NCBI GenBank assembly: GCA_040954595.2
Contig: CM082586.2
Span: 9,083,337-9,147,336 of the forward strand
Source: Balanoglossus misakiensis
Lineage: Eukaryota > Animalia > Hemichordata
DNA length: 64,000 nt
Direction: 5' to 3'
The position numbers and the translations under genes are program-made. The notes beneath the pieces were generated by a model that worked only from the letters and a program-made list of their open reading frames with translations, searched no databases and was not told the DNA's origin. This document shows positions 1 through 12,062 of the stretch, piece by piece (position 1 is the stretch's first letter; every line of letters begins with the position of its first letter).

Positions 1-399
1 ACTTGCAGTAGAGTTGGTCACATGGACTTGGGTAATCTGAGTGTGGTCAGAAATTGAACTTACACACACACATTGATTGAGTTAAGAACATGTCTGGTGT
101 ATTACTGTAATATGACTAGATACTGCAAATGCATAAACAATAAGCGTATGTTAAAACACACAGTTTTCATTGATATATCTGATTCATGAAATTAAATACA
201 CATGTTCATTAAAACCCACTATGATAGAGCGCCCCCACTGTTCAGAATGTCAGTTTTGAAGTCCTACATCTATGACGTCATGCCTAGCTGTCAATGTTAA
301 CTGATGTGTACTTGTACTACTTGTAAATGGAAGTACTTTAAAGTAAAGCTCAGATGTAAGGGTTTTGTAAAATAAATATAATATTAAAACATTGCAATC

Positions 400-1400
400 A
401 TTTTAGTCCTTCGGAACAGCGGTCCAATTGACTAATGTGATCACTCTGTGTGCGGCATATGGCATATTAAGCATTTAGTATTTTTCAATCAGAAGCCATT
501 AATCCTGTGATTAATTCTGTTTCTTGCAACACTGATTTTAAATCACCACACATGAATATTTTTATCCAAAGGACTGTGGTGCCCAAGTTTTTATGATAAG
601 ATAAACAAACAGTGAAATTCACTGAAGAAGTGAGTGAGCACTTGCCCATTCATTGTTCAATGAAATGTGACCACCAATTCATTGACGCCTTGAGCATAGC
701 AACAACAACCTGTGTATTGACGATACTGCCTGTAGCCTTTCAGTTGATGTTGCTTGATGTACATATATGACTGGAGTCGATCATTTGTGTTTTTTGTTGC
801 ATTGTTATTTTTAACAGCGTATTAAGCAATTTTTTGTTTGAGTTCTTCATTCAGTGATGGTAGCTGACTAAAATCAGTGATGGTCGTCAGGTTGTGTATT
901 TCAATTTTCAGGATGACTGCTTTTGTAATAAATTCACAAGTTCTGTGACCGTCACAATAGTGTTCTGAATTATTGGTTTGTTTTCCTGTAGTGTGCATTT
1001 ACATGTTCCCAGATAGGAAGTTTTAATGGGTATTAGTGTCAACATCCACAAGTGACTTGAGGCCAGTGAACTTGCAGTTGTGTGTAGTTTGGATATTAGC
1101 TTGTGGTGATATTAACATGGCGAATATCAAAATAGTACAAACAAATGTTTAAAACAGGACATATCCATAGCTTTCCCTTTCATAATTGGACTGTATTGTT
1201 ATTGAAGTACAAAGACTTTCCAGCAACATGACATGGCTGGATTTTTTTGTAGGAAACAAGTCCGGCTGCTATTTGCTGTCTTTGTATTACACTACTAGTA
1301 ACATCTCCATTTCTAGCTTTGCACCTCACATTCAATGAATAGACCTGTAGATGTTTTGACACTTCTCGTCAATGAATGTGTATGGCTGCAGTTTATCAAA
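400..1400 (-). pseudogene. Possible heavily decayed DUF6589-like (transposase-associated) coding remnant
   Basis: Manual - strand translation across many frameshifts and stops gives fragments in the order I recall for DUF6589 proteins: KLEMEMLLVV, KKSSHV, GYV(P)VL, KFTGLKSLVD-*H (cf. RLEGLxPxxEDWH), SYLGT, EHYCDGHRTCEFITKAVIL, DRLQSY, MASD...DRCSEGL. No intact ORF; boundaries approximate; resemblance judged by eye only. Confidence 0.3.
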
Positions 1401-2141
1401 TGATACACAAATCAAAGGAACAAACAGTGACTTTTATTTCTTTTGAGAACCTTGCATTCTTATATTTAAATGCTCACTCACTGGCCCCAATTGCAAAATA
1501 GCAACATTTAATACATGCGATATTCAATGCGTTTACAGTATTCAAAAATGTTTGAAATTGAATATTGTGCCAAAGAGTGGTGTTGTCAGTCCAAATATCA
1601 AAGCATTGAATGATTGTTCACAGTTTCCTGTATGGTTTGGCCCACCTCTTGTGAAAAGATGACTTGTGATATAGTGTTGTACATTGAAAAGAAATATATA
1701 TACATGTATTTTAAATAATTCATATTTTCAATCTAGAAGTAGGAGCTGCTTCCTCAAGATATAATTGACTGTCAGAATGAAAGGCAAGCAATTCACACAA
1801 GTTAACTCCAACACAACAACTCTTCAATTAAATAATTGACATCAGATAACCACAAAGGCATTATTCAAATAAATTGTATAAATGCAGTTACAAGATTTGA
1901 TGTCTGAAATTTACTGATAGGTGTAGATTTTGTCAGCATTTCCCTTCCTGGGTTTCTTTGCGATGAGTTGTTTTGCGTAGTAGAATGGAACAGTGCCCGG
2001 TCCGGATTGGTCACATTAATGTTCAGAGAGAATGTTAATTTGGCAACTGCTCATTGTATGAAAGGTCATAGGGTTAAGATGTCTTATGTCAAAGTCACTT
2101 ATGAATCCCTTAAAGATAAATGTAACCTATCTTATTGACAG

Positions 2142-2192
2142 ATAAGCCAGCAACAACAGAGAAATGTTATACACCCAAATGCTATCAACGAG
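2142..2192 (+). CDS. Candidate 51-nt internal exon (ISQQQQRNVIHPNAINE)
   Basis: TTATTGACAG acceptor, 17 open codons, GAG|GTGAGC donor. Phase 0 at both ends, compatible with the exon at 5412, and Gln-rich like the downstream exons. Short, so could be chance. Confidence 0.3.
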
Positions 2193-4337
2193 GTGAGCTT
2201 CTGTCTATCTAGGAAATGGTGCCACACTGCTACTGATAAGGACAAAAAAAGAGTTTTGTTTAGCGCGTAGGAAAATGTCAAAAATTTTAGTTATGGTAAA
2301 CAACCAACACGCAAACATTTATTTTCTTTTCAATTGTTTGATAAAATTATTATAACTATCCCAAAATTTGCAGCTTGTGTGCCTTTAAAATTCAAATTCC
2401 TGTCCAAAGGGTGTCTACCCCTGCTGGTCAACTGTTATATAGGCAATTTACACAAACACGTACCAGTATAGATTCGACCACAGTCCTGTTGGCAAACATG
2501 CTCCAATGGTCTTTGCAGACAACCATCATAAATGCATGAAACGCAGCACGCTCATTCAGTCCGATAATAGGTGCTAAAACATAACATTTTGACATCACTA
2601 ACATTTTTCCCAGTGACCAAATTTTCTCAGTTTGAATCGACTGTTGATTTTGTGGAAACATTAACATGGCCAGTTTTGTCCAGTGGCTGTGATTGAAACC
2701 ATCTCCAATACCAGAAAAATGCTGATCCAAAACAAACGTTAAGCACAAATTGTCATTTTGACTCGTATACTCAGAGTTTCGGAAACTTGATCAAGTAATA
2801 TGACTTCAGAGAGGGGGGGAGCAGTATCCCCTTCCATTTATTGGCTGTTTAAACAGATGTGTCAGTTATGTTGAAGCATTCTTCTTGCTTTATGCAGATG
2901 CAATTTGCGCCCCCATCCTCTACATACTGTAATCAGTCTCAGTGTTTGCCTGCTCGAGATTGTCAGTTTTTCATAAAAAGGAAATATTCATTTAAATTAA
3001 GCTTTAAATAATCTTATATATGATTTTAATTATGTCTATTAAATGACATTTCATAATATATCAAGATCAACACTTATGTATGACAAAACAGGCCAAAAAT
3101 GAAAGAAAATCTAAAATTCCTGTATTTTTTAAAAAGTGCAATTTTGCAATGAAAAATGAAAATCTAATGTCTCAGCGGTGTACATTTACTTGCATGAGTT
3201 CTAGTGGAGGAGATCATGTTTTGTTTATGAAGTTCAATAGTCAGAAATGCAACATTTTCATTGTTTCTTGCATTTCCCACGGTGGCAGCCATATTTCTTT
3301 ATGGCAAAGCTTTATTATTTATCTGGTTAAAACTTGCAAATGCACTCATATTTAGGGTTAAAAATACTTGTATACAGTTCAGTGCCTACATCTGCATGGA
3401 CTAATACTAGTAAAGTTTGAAAAAAAAATGATAATTATCCCTAAAGTTTCAACTTATATGCCTGTAAGCGACATACCTTGTATGTGCATGAATTTGTCGT
3501 CAACCGGAAACGGATTACTTGTATGAAAATGTTTGGAGTTCTCGCAGCTATTTTAAATTCACCACTATTATCTTGGGCTGGCCATCTGAAAGGCAGCATG
3601 GTTGCCAAAGGATAAATCTTTTATGTCAACCGAGCAACATATTTAATATCATGAAGTGTACACAACATTTGCACTGCTGGAACTATCATGACCACAATAC
3701 TTGTTTACTCACCATGGAGGTCAACTGGACCCCTATAAAAACGGTAGAACCGTTTTAATCCAGCTGACTTTCGAATTGCAAAGTACCGTCACAATCAAAT
3801 TTGATAAGCCTATTTATATGCATTAATTCAAGTTTAAAGGAAAACTCATGAAAAAATGTGCGTTTTGGCAGCTATGGAGGTTTACCCCACTGTGTTCACT
3901 GATCAGGTTGCAAAATACATTCAACCTTATGTAGTATGGTAATCAAACACTTAAAAATGTGATGTCATATAACAAAGTCCTGTTGAAATACCCTGAAAGA
4001 AATAAAGTGTCTGTTTTACTTCTTACAATATACCATGCCAACAATTCTGCTGATGCAAAATTCAGTTGATGCAACACTTACAGATGTATGCACAGAACAT
4101 AAAATCAGTATGGGAACCCTCCATTAAAACTTCTGCACTTTGTACCTGACTTGGCTATTGTCAAGTCGTGTCACTTAATATGTAATATTACCTGTAATCT
4201 GTTTGGTTTTGTTATTATTTTGTTATTTCATGCGTCCTTGAGCTTGGTGGGTGACACACTTTACACACCTGCTTGTTGCATGCATGGCACTATTTTTTGA
4301 CTAAAAATGTTCCTTCCAGGCCATTAAATTACCTATA

Positions 4338-4513
4338 CAGTAAAACTCCAATTATCCGAACTCCAATTATCCGAACTGTTTGGTTATCCAAACTGCTGTC
4401 ATGTCCCCCAAACAGTTCTTTTGTATAGGATCGCTATCCGAATAACCGAACTGTCTGCATATCCGAACAAAATCAATGTCCCCCTGTCAGTTCGGATAAT
4501 TGGAGTTTTACTG
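4338..4513. mobile_element. 176-bp MITE, Tc1/mariner (pogo/Tigger-like) type
   Basis: Perfect TIR CAGTAAAACTCCAATTATCCGAACT ... AGTTCGGATAATTGGAGTTTTACTG, TA on both sides (4336-4337, 4514-4515), internal repeats of TATCCGAAC. Confidence 0.9.
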
Positions 4514-4670
4514 TATTGGGATATATCTTCATTTTGGCAATTTGTACGATGGGTAAACACTATTTGACGGGCGGAGAAGGCCTGCTTATTGATATGTATT
4601 CTATTGCAACCAATCAGTACACATAGTTAGAGACTGCTCAGCACTCCAGATCTTATATCGAGAGCGGCCA

Positions 4671-5162
4671 CTGTTTCGCGAGTATAAATTTTCGCGTTCA
4701 CTTATTTCATTCACTGCATCGTTATCTTCAAAAAAATTTACGTGACACTTTATTTTTACACTATTTTGGCACTTGCGTATTTGGCGAAAATGTACTGCTC
4801 GCGAAAAATTAAAGCCGCTTGCACACGTGCCATTGTTAGGGCGCCCTTTTTGGGATTATAAAATTTGGTAAACATTTCTTATCAGTGACTCAAATACTTT
4901 TGCATGCACATGTGTATAAAAGGGACAGGGTCATCGCCCTCTACGCGCGTCCACAGCAGCGTGACTAAAGGTCACAATGTTCACACGTGATTTGAGTCGC
5001 TGTTTAGTGCAGCGCCCCGACCCAGGTCCCACCCCTCAACACCGTCCCCCAAAAAGCCGCTCTCACCTTTTCACACGTGGCACTTACAAATTAACGCCGC
5101 CCTAGGGCCGCTGCTGGGGCGGCGTTGATGGCACGTGTGAAAGGCACTGAAGTGTTTTACAG
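4671..5162. mobile_element. Decayed CTGTAAAA...TTTTACAG-type MITE split by a nested insertion
   Basis: TTTCGCG/CGCGAAAA motifs. Removing 4813-5148 rejoins CGCGAAAAATTAA to GTGTTTTACAG-TA, the same end type as the MITE at 7350-7557. The left TIR is partly deleted. Confidence 0.55.
4813..5148. mobile_element. Nested GC-rich MITE, PIF/Harbinger-like
   Basis: Imperfect 21-bp TIR AGCCGCTTGCACACGTGCCAT vs reverse complement AGTGCCTTTCACACGTGCCAT (17/21). Flanked by TAA and GAA (degenerate 3-bp TSD). Internal TTCACACGTG repeats. Confidence 0.55.
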
Positions 5163-5411
5163 TATGTACTTTTTAATCCCTTCAAATATTTGAATATGAT
5201 TAATTCCATGATAAGTGGGACAAGAAACCACAGTTGATACCCCAAAAAAATATTGAGAAAATAACCCGAAGTTGGAGTTACTGAGCTTTAAATTGATTTC
5301 AATAATCTCCCAAGTGAAAATTGGCTGAAGCTCCTGTAGTCAGTTACCTGTTGGTAGATTGACACATGACAATGATTGACTGTTTACACTTTTCTTTGTT
5401 TGATCTTTTAG

Positions 5412-5630
5412 AGGAATATTCAAGCACTGCAGGAGAATCTAGAGATGGCACAGAAAATAAGAACTTGAATTGAAGAATCAGCAAGATCAACATGCACGAC
5501 AAAATCAACTCATAACACAAAGACAACAACAAAAGCAATTACAAAGATAGCCCAACAACAACAACAAGCAGTGCAAGCACAGCCATCCAATATACAATCA
5601 ACAAATCAACAACTAAGACACCACTTTCAA
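5412..5630 (+). pseudogene. Gln-rich internal exon carrying a reading-frame lesion
   Basis: Pyrimidine tract plus TTTTAG acceptor (5411) and CAA|GTAAGT donor (5631); 219 nt, phase 0/0. Reads RNIQALQENLEMAQKIRT then TGA (5466-5468) and later IAQQQQQAVQAQPSNIQSTNQQLRHHFQ. A shifted frame in the middle gives ELELKNQQDQHARQNQLITQRQQQKQLQ, suggesting two compensating frameshifts. Confidence 0.5.
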
Positions 5631-6776
5631 GTAAGTTGTCACAATAATGTGAACAGTGAATATTTTGAAAACCAAGACTGATACCCGTGTCACTCCTGGG
5701 AATTGTTATGTGGGGAAAAATAAAATCATTTTTCTCAAAAAAGGAGCTTTCTTGATGTTACAAATAACATGTTCTGTGCCATTCCCGAAATTATCTTAAT
5801 GTATTTGGGACCTGACAGTCACACAGAATAAATTCAAAGCACTATTTGCCCAAAGCAGACCTAAATTACAGACAGAGGAATACAACAAATCTTGTCTCAT
5901 TCTTATTTTCAATTCTTCTAGTTTTTCCATGGTATCAGTGTGGAAGCACTGATGATAACCTCCGTCAGACAGTTTTAAATGCAGACAATCGTCTTACTCT
6001 TATGCACATATGTGTAATTTTGTGTGTACAAAATAAGATCAAATCCAAATATCTGCAAATTTTATGTGCATGCATTCAAATAGTGGACTGCCTTCACTTC
6101 CTTTCATATTTCTTTCCCACCATATATATATATATATAAAGAAGACTTTCATTTTGTCTCTTCTTTTCACTCAATTTGCTGTTTTTTTTTCCTAATTTAC
6201 GACATAGAGTATGGTTGCCGCCATCTTGTCTGTTGTATAGACAGAATTGTGTCATTGATAAAGTTTTTGTAACCAGAATCTCTGCTTTGGCACATGCGCA
6301 TTAGACGATCATAACCCTTTAACAAAAGTCTGCTTAGAATTTAAATCACATTGTTTTCAAAATGTCTGCATCTGATTACATGGTGAATTAAAGCTGAAAG
6401 CAGTGTTCACTGGGCCCAAGCGATTCCCAGGGTTTCTACAGAATGCCAAGGATTATCTGCTGTGGATACCAGAAATTTTGTCAAAAAGTTTTGATCCTAA
6501 ACTGATTTATGTCCTACAAAATCCAAACTTCTAGATCTATTGGTTAGCCTAGAATTAGGCGTGTACATAATTAATTAGGTCAATGGGGGTCCTGAAATCA
6601 ACCATCAAATAGTAGACACGACACGACTATACAAGAAATTACAGTTACTTTATGCCTCCCTAAATTTCAGTCTGATTGACAAATGTGAAGAACGTTAAAG
6701 AGAGCTGTCTCCTGATACATTGCCGCTTTCTGTGAAGTGACTTTAAAAAGAAAACCATTTTGTTTGCATTCAACAG

Positions 6777-7061
6777 CAACAACAAAAACAACAAGCTAGC
6801 GGTACACAAGCAACCATTCCACCACCACCACCACAACAACAACAACCAGCAGCAACACAACAAACATGGCAACAACAACAGCAGTTCTTACAACAACAGC
6901 AATCACAACAACAACAACAGCTGTTACTAGGACAACAGCCACGGCCGCGACCACAGGTACCTCAGATGGGCTTGGCACCCAGCATGCAACAAACACAGCA
7001 ACAATCAAGTAGTAGTCTGCTGGCTGATGACATGAGTCTTTTTGATATTCTGAATCAATAA
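6777..7061 (+). CDS. Terminal exon of a Gln/Pro-rich low-complexity protein
   Basis: TTTTGTTTGCATTCAACAG acceptor, phase 0 (matches the 5631 donor). 94 open codons QQQKQQASGTQATIPPPPPQQQQ...QPRPRPQVPQMGLAPSMQQTQQQSSSSLLADDMSLFDILNQ, then TAA at 7059-7061. Confidence 0.6.
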   Translation, partial: QQQKQQASGTQATIPPPPPQQQQPAATQQTWQQQQQFLQQQQSQQQQQLLLGQQPRPRPQVPQMGLAPSMQQTQQQSSSSLLADDMSLFDILNQ

Positions 7062-7349
7062 ATTCATACAGGAAACTGACTATAATGAACACGAGACTGT
7101 AGACTTTAATTAAACAGATCAAATAACACAGAATGGTTATTCCAGTGTAGTAACAGAATAGACTTGTTCTGTACTAATTCTTGCATTAGCTTTACTTTGT
7201 TTCCATCGTAATACCTTATTTCAATATGACCATATTTGTATGCGAGACAGATGTAACTGGTTGTCAGTGTCTATCGTAATACAAAGTCTGCCATACACAA
7301 AGCAACTATGCATTGTCTTCTGGTGTGAAAAAAAGATACTTAGGATGTA

Positions 7350-7557
7350 CTGTAAAACAGGAAATTTTCACGAGCGATAAATTTGCATGAATCATGCAAG
7401 AGCCAAAATAACCTGAAAACTAAAAAGTCGCAAAAAAAATGTTTTTCTGAAATAATGATGAATTGAAATTCGAGAATGCGAAAATTAATCATTACATAAC
7501 AGTCGCCACTTTTGATATTGCGAAAATTTCCTGTTGGGAAAATTTCATGTTTTACAG
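7350..7557. mobile_element. 208-bp MITE with TA target duplication
   Basis: TIR CTGTAAAACAGGAAATTTTC ... GAAAATTTCATGTTTTACAG (1 mismatch), TA at 7348-7349 and 7558-7559, internal GCGAAAAT motifs. Confidence 0.85.
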
Positions 7558-7574
7558 TATATACCCATTTTTTC

Positions 7575-7900
7575 TGCTTCCAAAACGAACATTTAGAGTC
7601 ATGCATGCCACTGGCCCAATAAAACCTGATAGCCCTTGCTGGGAATTGTGATGTAACTAGCATCCCCCTTGAAGTCACGCACATAAACTGATCAATGGTG
7701 ATTGTGTGTAAAGATACAGTGAAGGCAAGGCTAATCTAAAGTCAAAATGGTACTCATCCTTAACAACACATGTATCCTTTGACCAATCAATGGAAAAAAA
7801 AGTCTGTGATTGACTTCAAAGTGATATTAATTACATCACAATTCCCAGCAAGGGGTATCGTGCTTTATTGGGGCAGTGGCATGCATAGTTTTTGGAAGCA
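7575..7900. mobile_element. Foldback element / MITE with ~100-bp imperfect inverted arms
   Basis: Left arm TGCTTCCAAAA...ATGCATGCCACTGGCCCAATAAA...CCCTTGCTGGGAATTGTGATGTAA...TTGAAGTCA mirrors right arm TGACTTCAA...TTACATCACAATTCCCAGCAAGGG...TTTATTGGGGCAGTGGCATGCAT...TTTTGGAAGCA. No clear TSD. Confidence 0.75.
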
Positions 7901-9215
7901 AAGCTGACAAAATACAGCTATATACTAGACTAATATTTCATTAATGCCTGATCATTAAACTGAAGAACGTATCTCTAAAATTGCTCTCTATTTCTCCCTC
8001 AGGGAAAAGAGCAATAGACAAAACTTTGAGTGACAGATCTTCCAGTTGTGTACTTATCATTTGTATTACCCAATCACAGACTTTGTGTTATTGGTCATGT
8101 ATCTGTCCAATTTTAATACTCTTGTGTTCAGTGGAGCATTACACCAAAGAAGTCACACTATGACAGTGACAATAAAACACTTGCAAAAACATGGATTGCT
8201 CAGGTCAGCCTATCTGGTTACAGATTACCTGTGAACCAACTAATCCAGCTATAATGAATGTGTTTCATTATATACAGAGAATTGTAGGTTGTTTGAGACG
8301 TGTTAATATCACACTCTAGCATGGGGCAATGTTCACACGTTTATATTTATCATGTGAAAGCCACAAAGTCACCAGCTCTTGATGTTCATTTTTTTTGGAA
8401 TAATTTGTTATGATCTGATTGCTGAAAATTGAATTGAAGCTGAACCTACAGCATATGTGTGGACATAACATGTTTATACTTCCATGTAGTAATTTGTGTT
8501 ACAGCCAAACAATTAAATAACACCATTATAACAAAATTAACGAAACTCACCCCAGGGCTATCACTAATTTGAAGGGATGCTGATCCAGAGTTAATGGTTC
8601 ATTGGGGAGTCTAACAGTGTTTTGAAATGTCACATTGTAATTTGAAAGTTAGGCTTGGGTAGTGACAATGTTATTACATTGTTGTGTACAAAATTTGAAT
8701 GGAGCTCTATGAAAAGAGAAAAGTGGTGTGTGGAAAAAATCAGTCTCTGTGCTAATATCAAGTGCCTTCATTCGACTCTCAAGGAAAGTTTGGTAAAACA
8801 ATGAACTTTTTGTGTGTCAGCATTATTGGGAAAGATTAAGCCCACACATGTATTCAATTTAGATAAAAATGGAAAATTACCATCAGCCTTTTTTCTTAGC
8901 ACTCTCACCTTTCACCCAATTCCCTGTGTAGACATCCAACTTTCCAGCAGGAAACAATGGATTTGGACCGAACCATTCGTTCACTTGAATATATATGTAA
9001 TATATGTATGTATGTAACACCTGTATTCTTTGCAGTCATCATTTAATCATTTATTCATGAGAACACCTTTCTAGTAATGATAGAACTTACAGTCTATTTG
9101 ATGATCTCAATTATATGCAAACCACCAGGATGTTTCATTTGACTAATGAACTCAAGGTAATGCGCCACCATAGTGTAGATTGCTGATATAAAAGGACACC
9201 ATGCATATACTTAGT

Positions 9216-9534
9216 CAGTTCACCTCTGTATCCAGACCGGCCACATGTATGAACTGAAGATGTCTATGTTCAATTTCAGGTTAGTTTTCCTTGTACTTTA
9301 CCTGTAGCTTGAAGCATTTTTATATAGGTGCATTCTACTGGCTCATTTTAGCACAAGTAATTGGTGTCTGAACTTGCGTCAAGTCTTCAATTGTACTTCT
9401 GTATTTTTCACTTGCATGAATGTTTGTGTATTCTGCTGTAGGTGAACTCCCATACATGTGCGTAATTTAGCAGTTCACCTGTGTAGCCAGACCGGCCACA
9501 CATATGAACTGATGATGTCCCTGTTCAATTTCAG
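9216..9534 (+). repeat. Two diverged direct copies of a 64-bp block (9216-9279, 9471-9534)
   Basis: CAGTTCACCTcTGTAtCCAGACCGGCCACAtgTATGAACTGAaGATGTCtaTGTTCAATTTCAG recurs 255 bp later with few substitutions. Confidence 0.75.
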
Positions 9535-10629
9535 TTAAGAAATGTTATAGGCCTATGTCTTGTGAAACCTTTAAACCATGTTGGTGTGTTTTGTGGTGAA
9601 CGGCGACACCCGTGACAAGTATGTTAGAATCAAACTATTAGATGCATGTGAAGAAATATAGTCTGTTATAAGGAAGTGACTGGAGTGAAGGAGACCTCGT
9701 ACGACGAAAACTACTTTAATAGACTCGAAATGCACTCAAATTACAATCGAGATATAATGCATTTATATATGCCTAAAAAGGTAAATTAATGAATGGTATC
9801 AACAAAATAAACGTTCATGATACATTTAGATCATTTTCTCGTCCAGCTAGGGGGTTCAACGTCAAAAGGAAAGTTCACTATTCAAATGCAAATAAAGTCA
9901 TTAAAGAGTCCTAATCTCTTCTATCCAGTGACCATAGTAGCCAAACAATTAAAATCACATGTTTTTAATATCAATATTCACATACATTGCTTTTTACTTT
10001 TCTTGAATTTCCTAACATTTTTTTATTTTAACAAAAACAAGAGCCTTTCATGACCACTTATTGACTTTCGAAAATATTTCATGTAATCAGCCATTCATTT
10101 TATGTGTGTGTGAAGAATGACCCTCTGAGGCTGTTGAATCATGTATAGTGCTGAAGGGGAGGGGGGGACACCATTCCTCAATTTTGTTGATTTTGCATAA
10201 GATGCTAAGTTGGTATTTTCCACATATTGCTTTTTGTACTGAGAATTACTCAGTTCTTAAGAAGAGCTTTTGACTAACATTTCATTGTATTTACAAGACT
10301 GCCAGAGTATGTAAATATTATATGCAGCATTAGGAAGGAATATCTTTGATATTTTTATTCCAACAATTTTCCTATCATGATAAATAAGTAGACAGATATA
10401 TCATGTTAGGATTTTTGCATACTTAAAATAAATATTCTGATAAAATGAGTGCTTTTGTCTGTCTCTTTGATTTCAGGTGAGGATCAGTATTTGTTGTTGC
10501 TTTTCCTGCACAGATTCCAATCAGAAGGCAATTGTGATTACCAGTATGTTCTGTCTGATTGAAGTTTGGGTTTTCTTAGGACCTGAATATCGCTCTAACA
10601 AATGGTTTGCTTTCAGATGTGGAGTTAAG

Positions 10630-11300
10630 CGCTGGTGATAGTTTTGGCTATTCTGTTCTCTCACTTTGGCTGTTCTGTTCTCTGTTTTTGTCTGATCTCG
10701 GACACATTAGCTGAAAACTACTGGTCAGATTTCTTTGAAAATTGGTATGCATATATCTTCTGCCAACATCACAGAGCTCTATAAGTTTTGACCTTATATC
10801 GTGAATTTTCTACTTTTTATGACTTTTGTCATTTTTTCCACATCTTCTATGAAAGTGATTGGTCGATTTCTCTAAAAAAAATTCAGTATAATTATAAAGC
10901 TTCCTATAGGTGATCTTTGTTTTTTTTTTCAAATTGTTGCTAAGTTTGCGTATTTGTAATTATGGGCCAAATTTTGCAATTTTTGGTCAAAATTCGTTTT
11001 CTCGGAAATCGCTTGTCAGATTGCTTTGAAAATTGGTAGGCATGTTTTCAGGGTTAAGCAATTGTGAGTTGTGTTAAATTGTTGCTGAAATGTGCATATT
11101 TATGTTCTTGAGGTAGGGCCTAACTGTTGCAATTTTTCGTCAGAAGTTTTTGTCCTTGAAACCACTTGTTAGATTGCTTTGAACTTCGGTAAGCATGTTC
11201 CTTATACTGATTGATGTAAGATATTGTACAATTATGGTGATGTTTGAATATTTGAGTTTGGCAGTTTTGGGACAGTTTTTTGAAATTAGGTCATATCAGC
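10630..11300 (+). mobile_element. Old degenerate interspersed repeat, probably Helentron-associated (HINE/pearl-like)
   Basis: Decayed TCTG/TCTGT microsatellite followed by internal repeats of GCTTGTCAGATTGCTTTGAAA.TTGGTAGGCATGTTC. The same motif recurs at 16.73-17.3 kb. Termini not resolvable. Confidence 0.5.
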
Positions 11301-12062
11301 TCGTGTGGTATTAGGTCAATAACAACAAATTAAGTCCAAACGTTGGCCACGCTTCCTACTTTAATATAGCACAAGTATGAAAAAACGACCAGTTTGTGTT
11401 ACGTTACCTGCTTTCATTGAGAGCAGCGCCCGCAAGTGAGTTTTTTAGAAAATTTGATCAAATTCATGATGAATCGAATTGAATCGACGTTTATTCCAGC
11501 TGGGAGCACTTTATAGACTACAAAGTTGTTTTGTTAGATGGGTAAAATTTAAGACCACTCGACCAATGCAGAGCGAAGTTGTCAAAATCGACGAAACAAA
11601 GCGAGAAAATGGCAATTTGCGCTGTCGACATATTTCTTCTCCTGCCTCGAATTATCAATCCCATGGAACCCCCCCCCCCCGGCGCGCCCGAAAAAAATAT
11701 ATATCAATCAGGGATCATCATAAAACTCGACTATGAATCGGACATGAAATCAAACTCGACGATGGAAAAGCAGCCGATTCAGAGATAAACGCATCCCGAT
11801 AGGATGAGAACTCCGCCATGTGACTTCATCTAATTTCTCTGCAAACATGGAGGGGTTGTACGTTGGTAATGTGTTTACAAAGCAAAGTCAAGACATAAGT
11901 CCGAACATGACCGTGGTCCGAAGCTTGGACACTCTTATCAAACAGAGCAGTACAGTGTGTGGAGACATCGCCCGTAAGACACACCACCGGCCCTGCCACA
12001 CTGAGCTGCAATATGCTCTTGGCTCGTAGCCGTCCCAGTCGGTAACAAGTCGTTACGGCACT

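Noticed and set aside
850-885. TDFSQLPS resembling the PIF1/Helitron helicase motif GDFxQLPPV
   Set aside because: Isolated; no Walker A/B or other helicase motifs in the surrounding translation.
2240-3480. Possible Kolobok-like MITE remnants (…GCCTTTAA, …ACATACCTT)
   Set aside because: Could not pair termini or find a TTAA duplication.
6660-7122. - strand ORFs rich in Leu/Val/Cys/Trp (also 5344-5538) that look like membrane proteins
   Set aside because: They are antisense shadows of CAA/CAG-rich Gln exons on the + strand.
10478-10640. Possible + strand exons (TTTCAG|GTGAGG…CCA|GTATGT; TTTCAG|ATGTGG)
   Set aside because: Splice-like signals only; no convincing peptide and no phase-consistent link to other exons.
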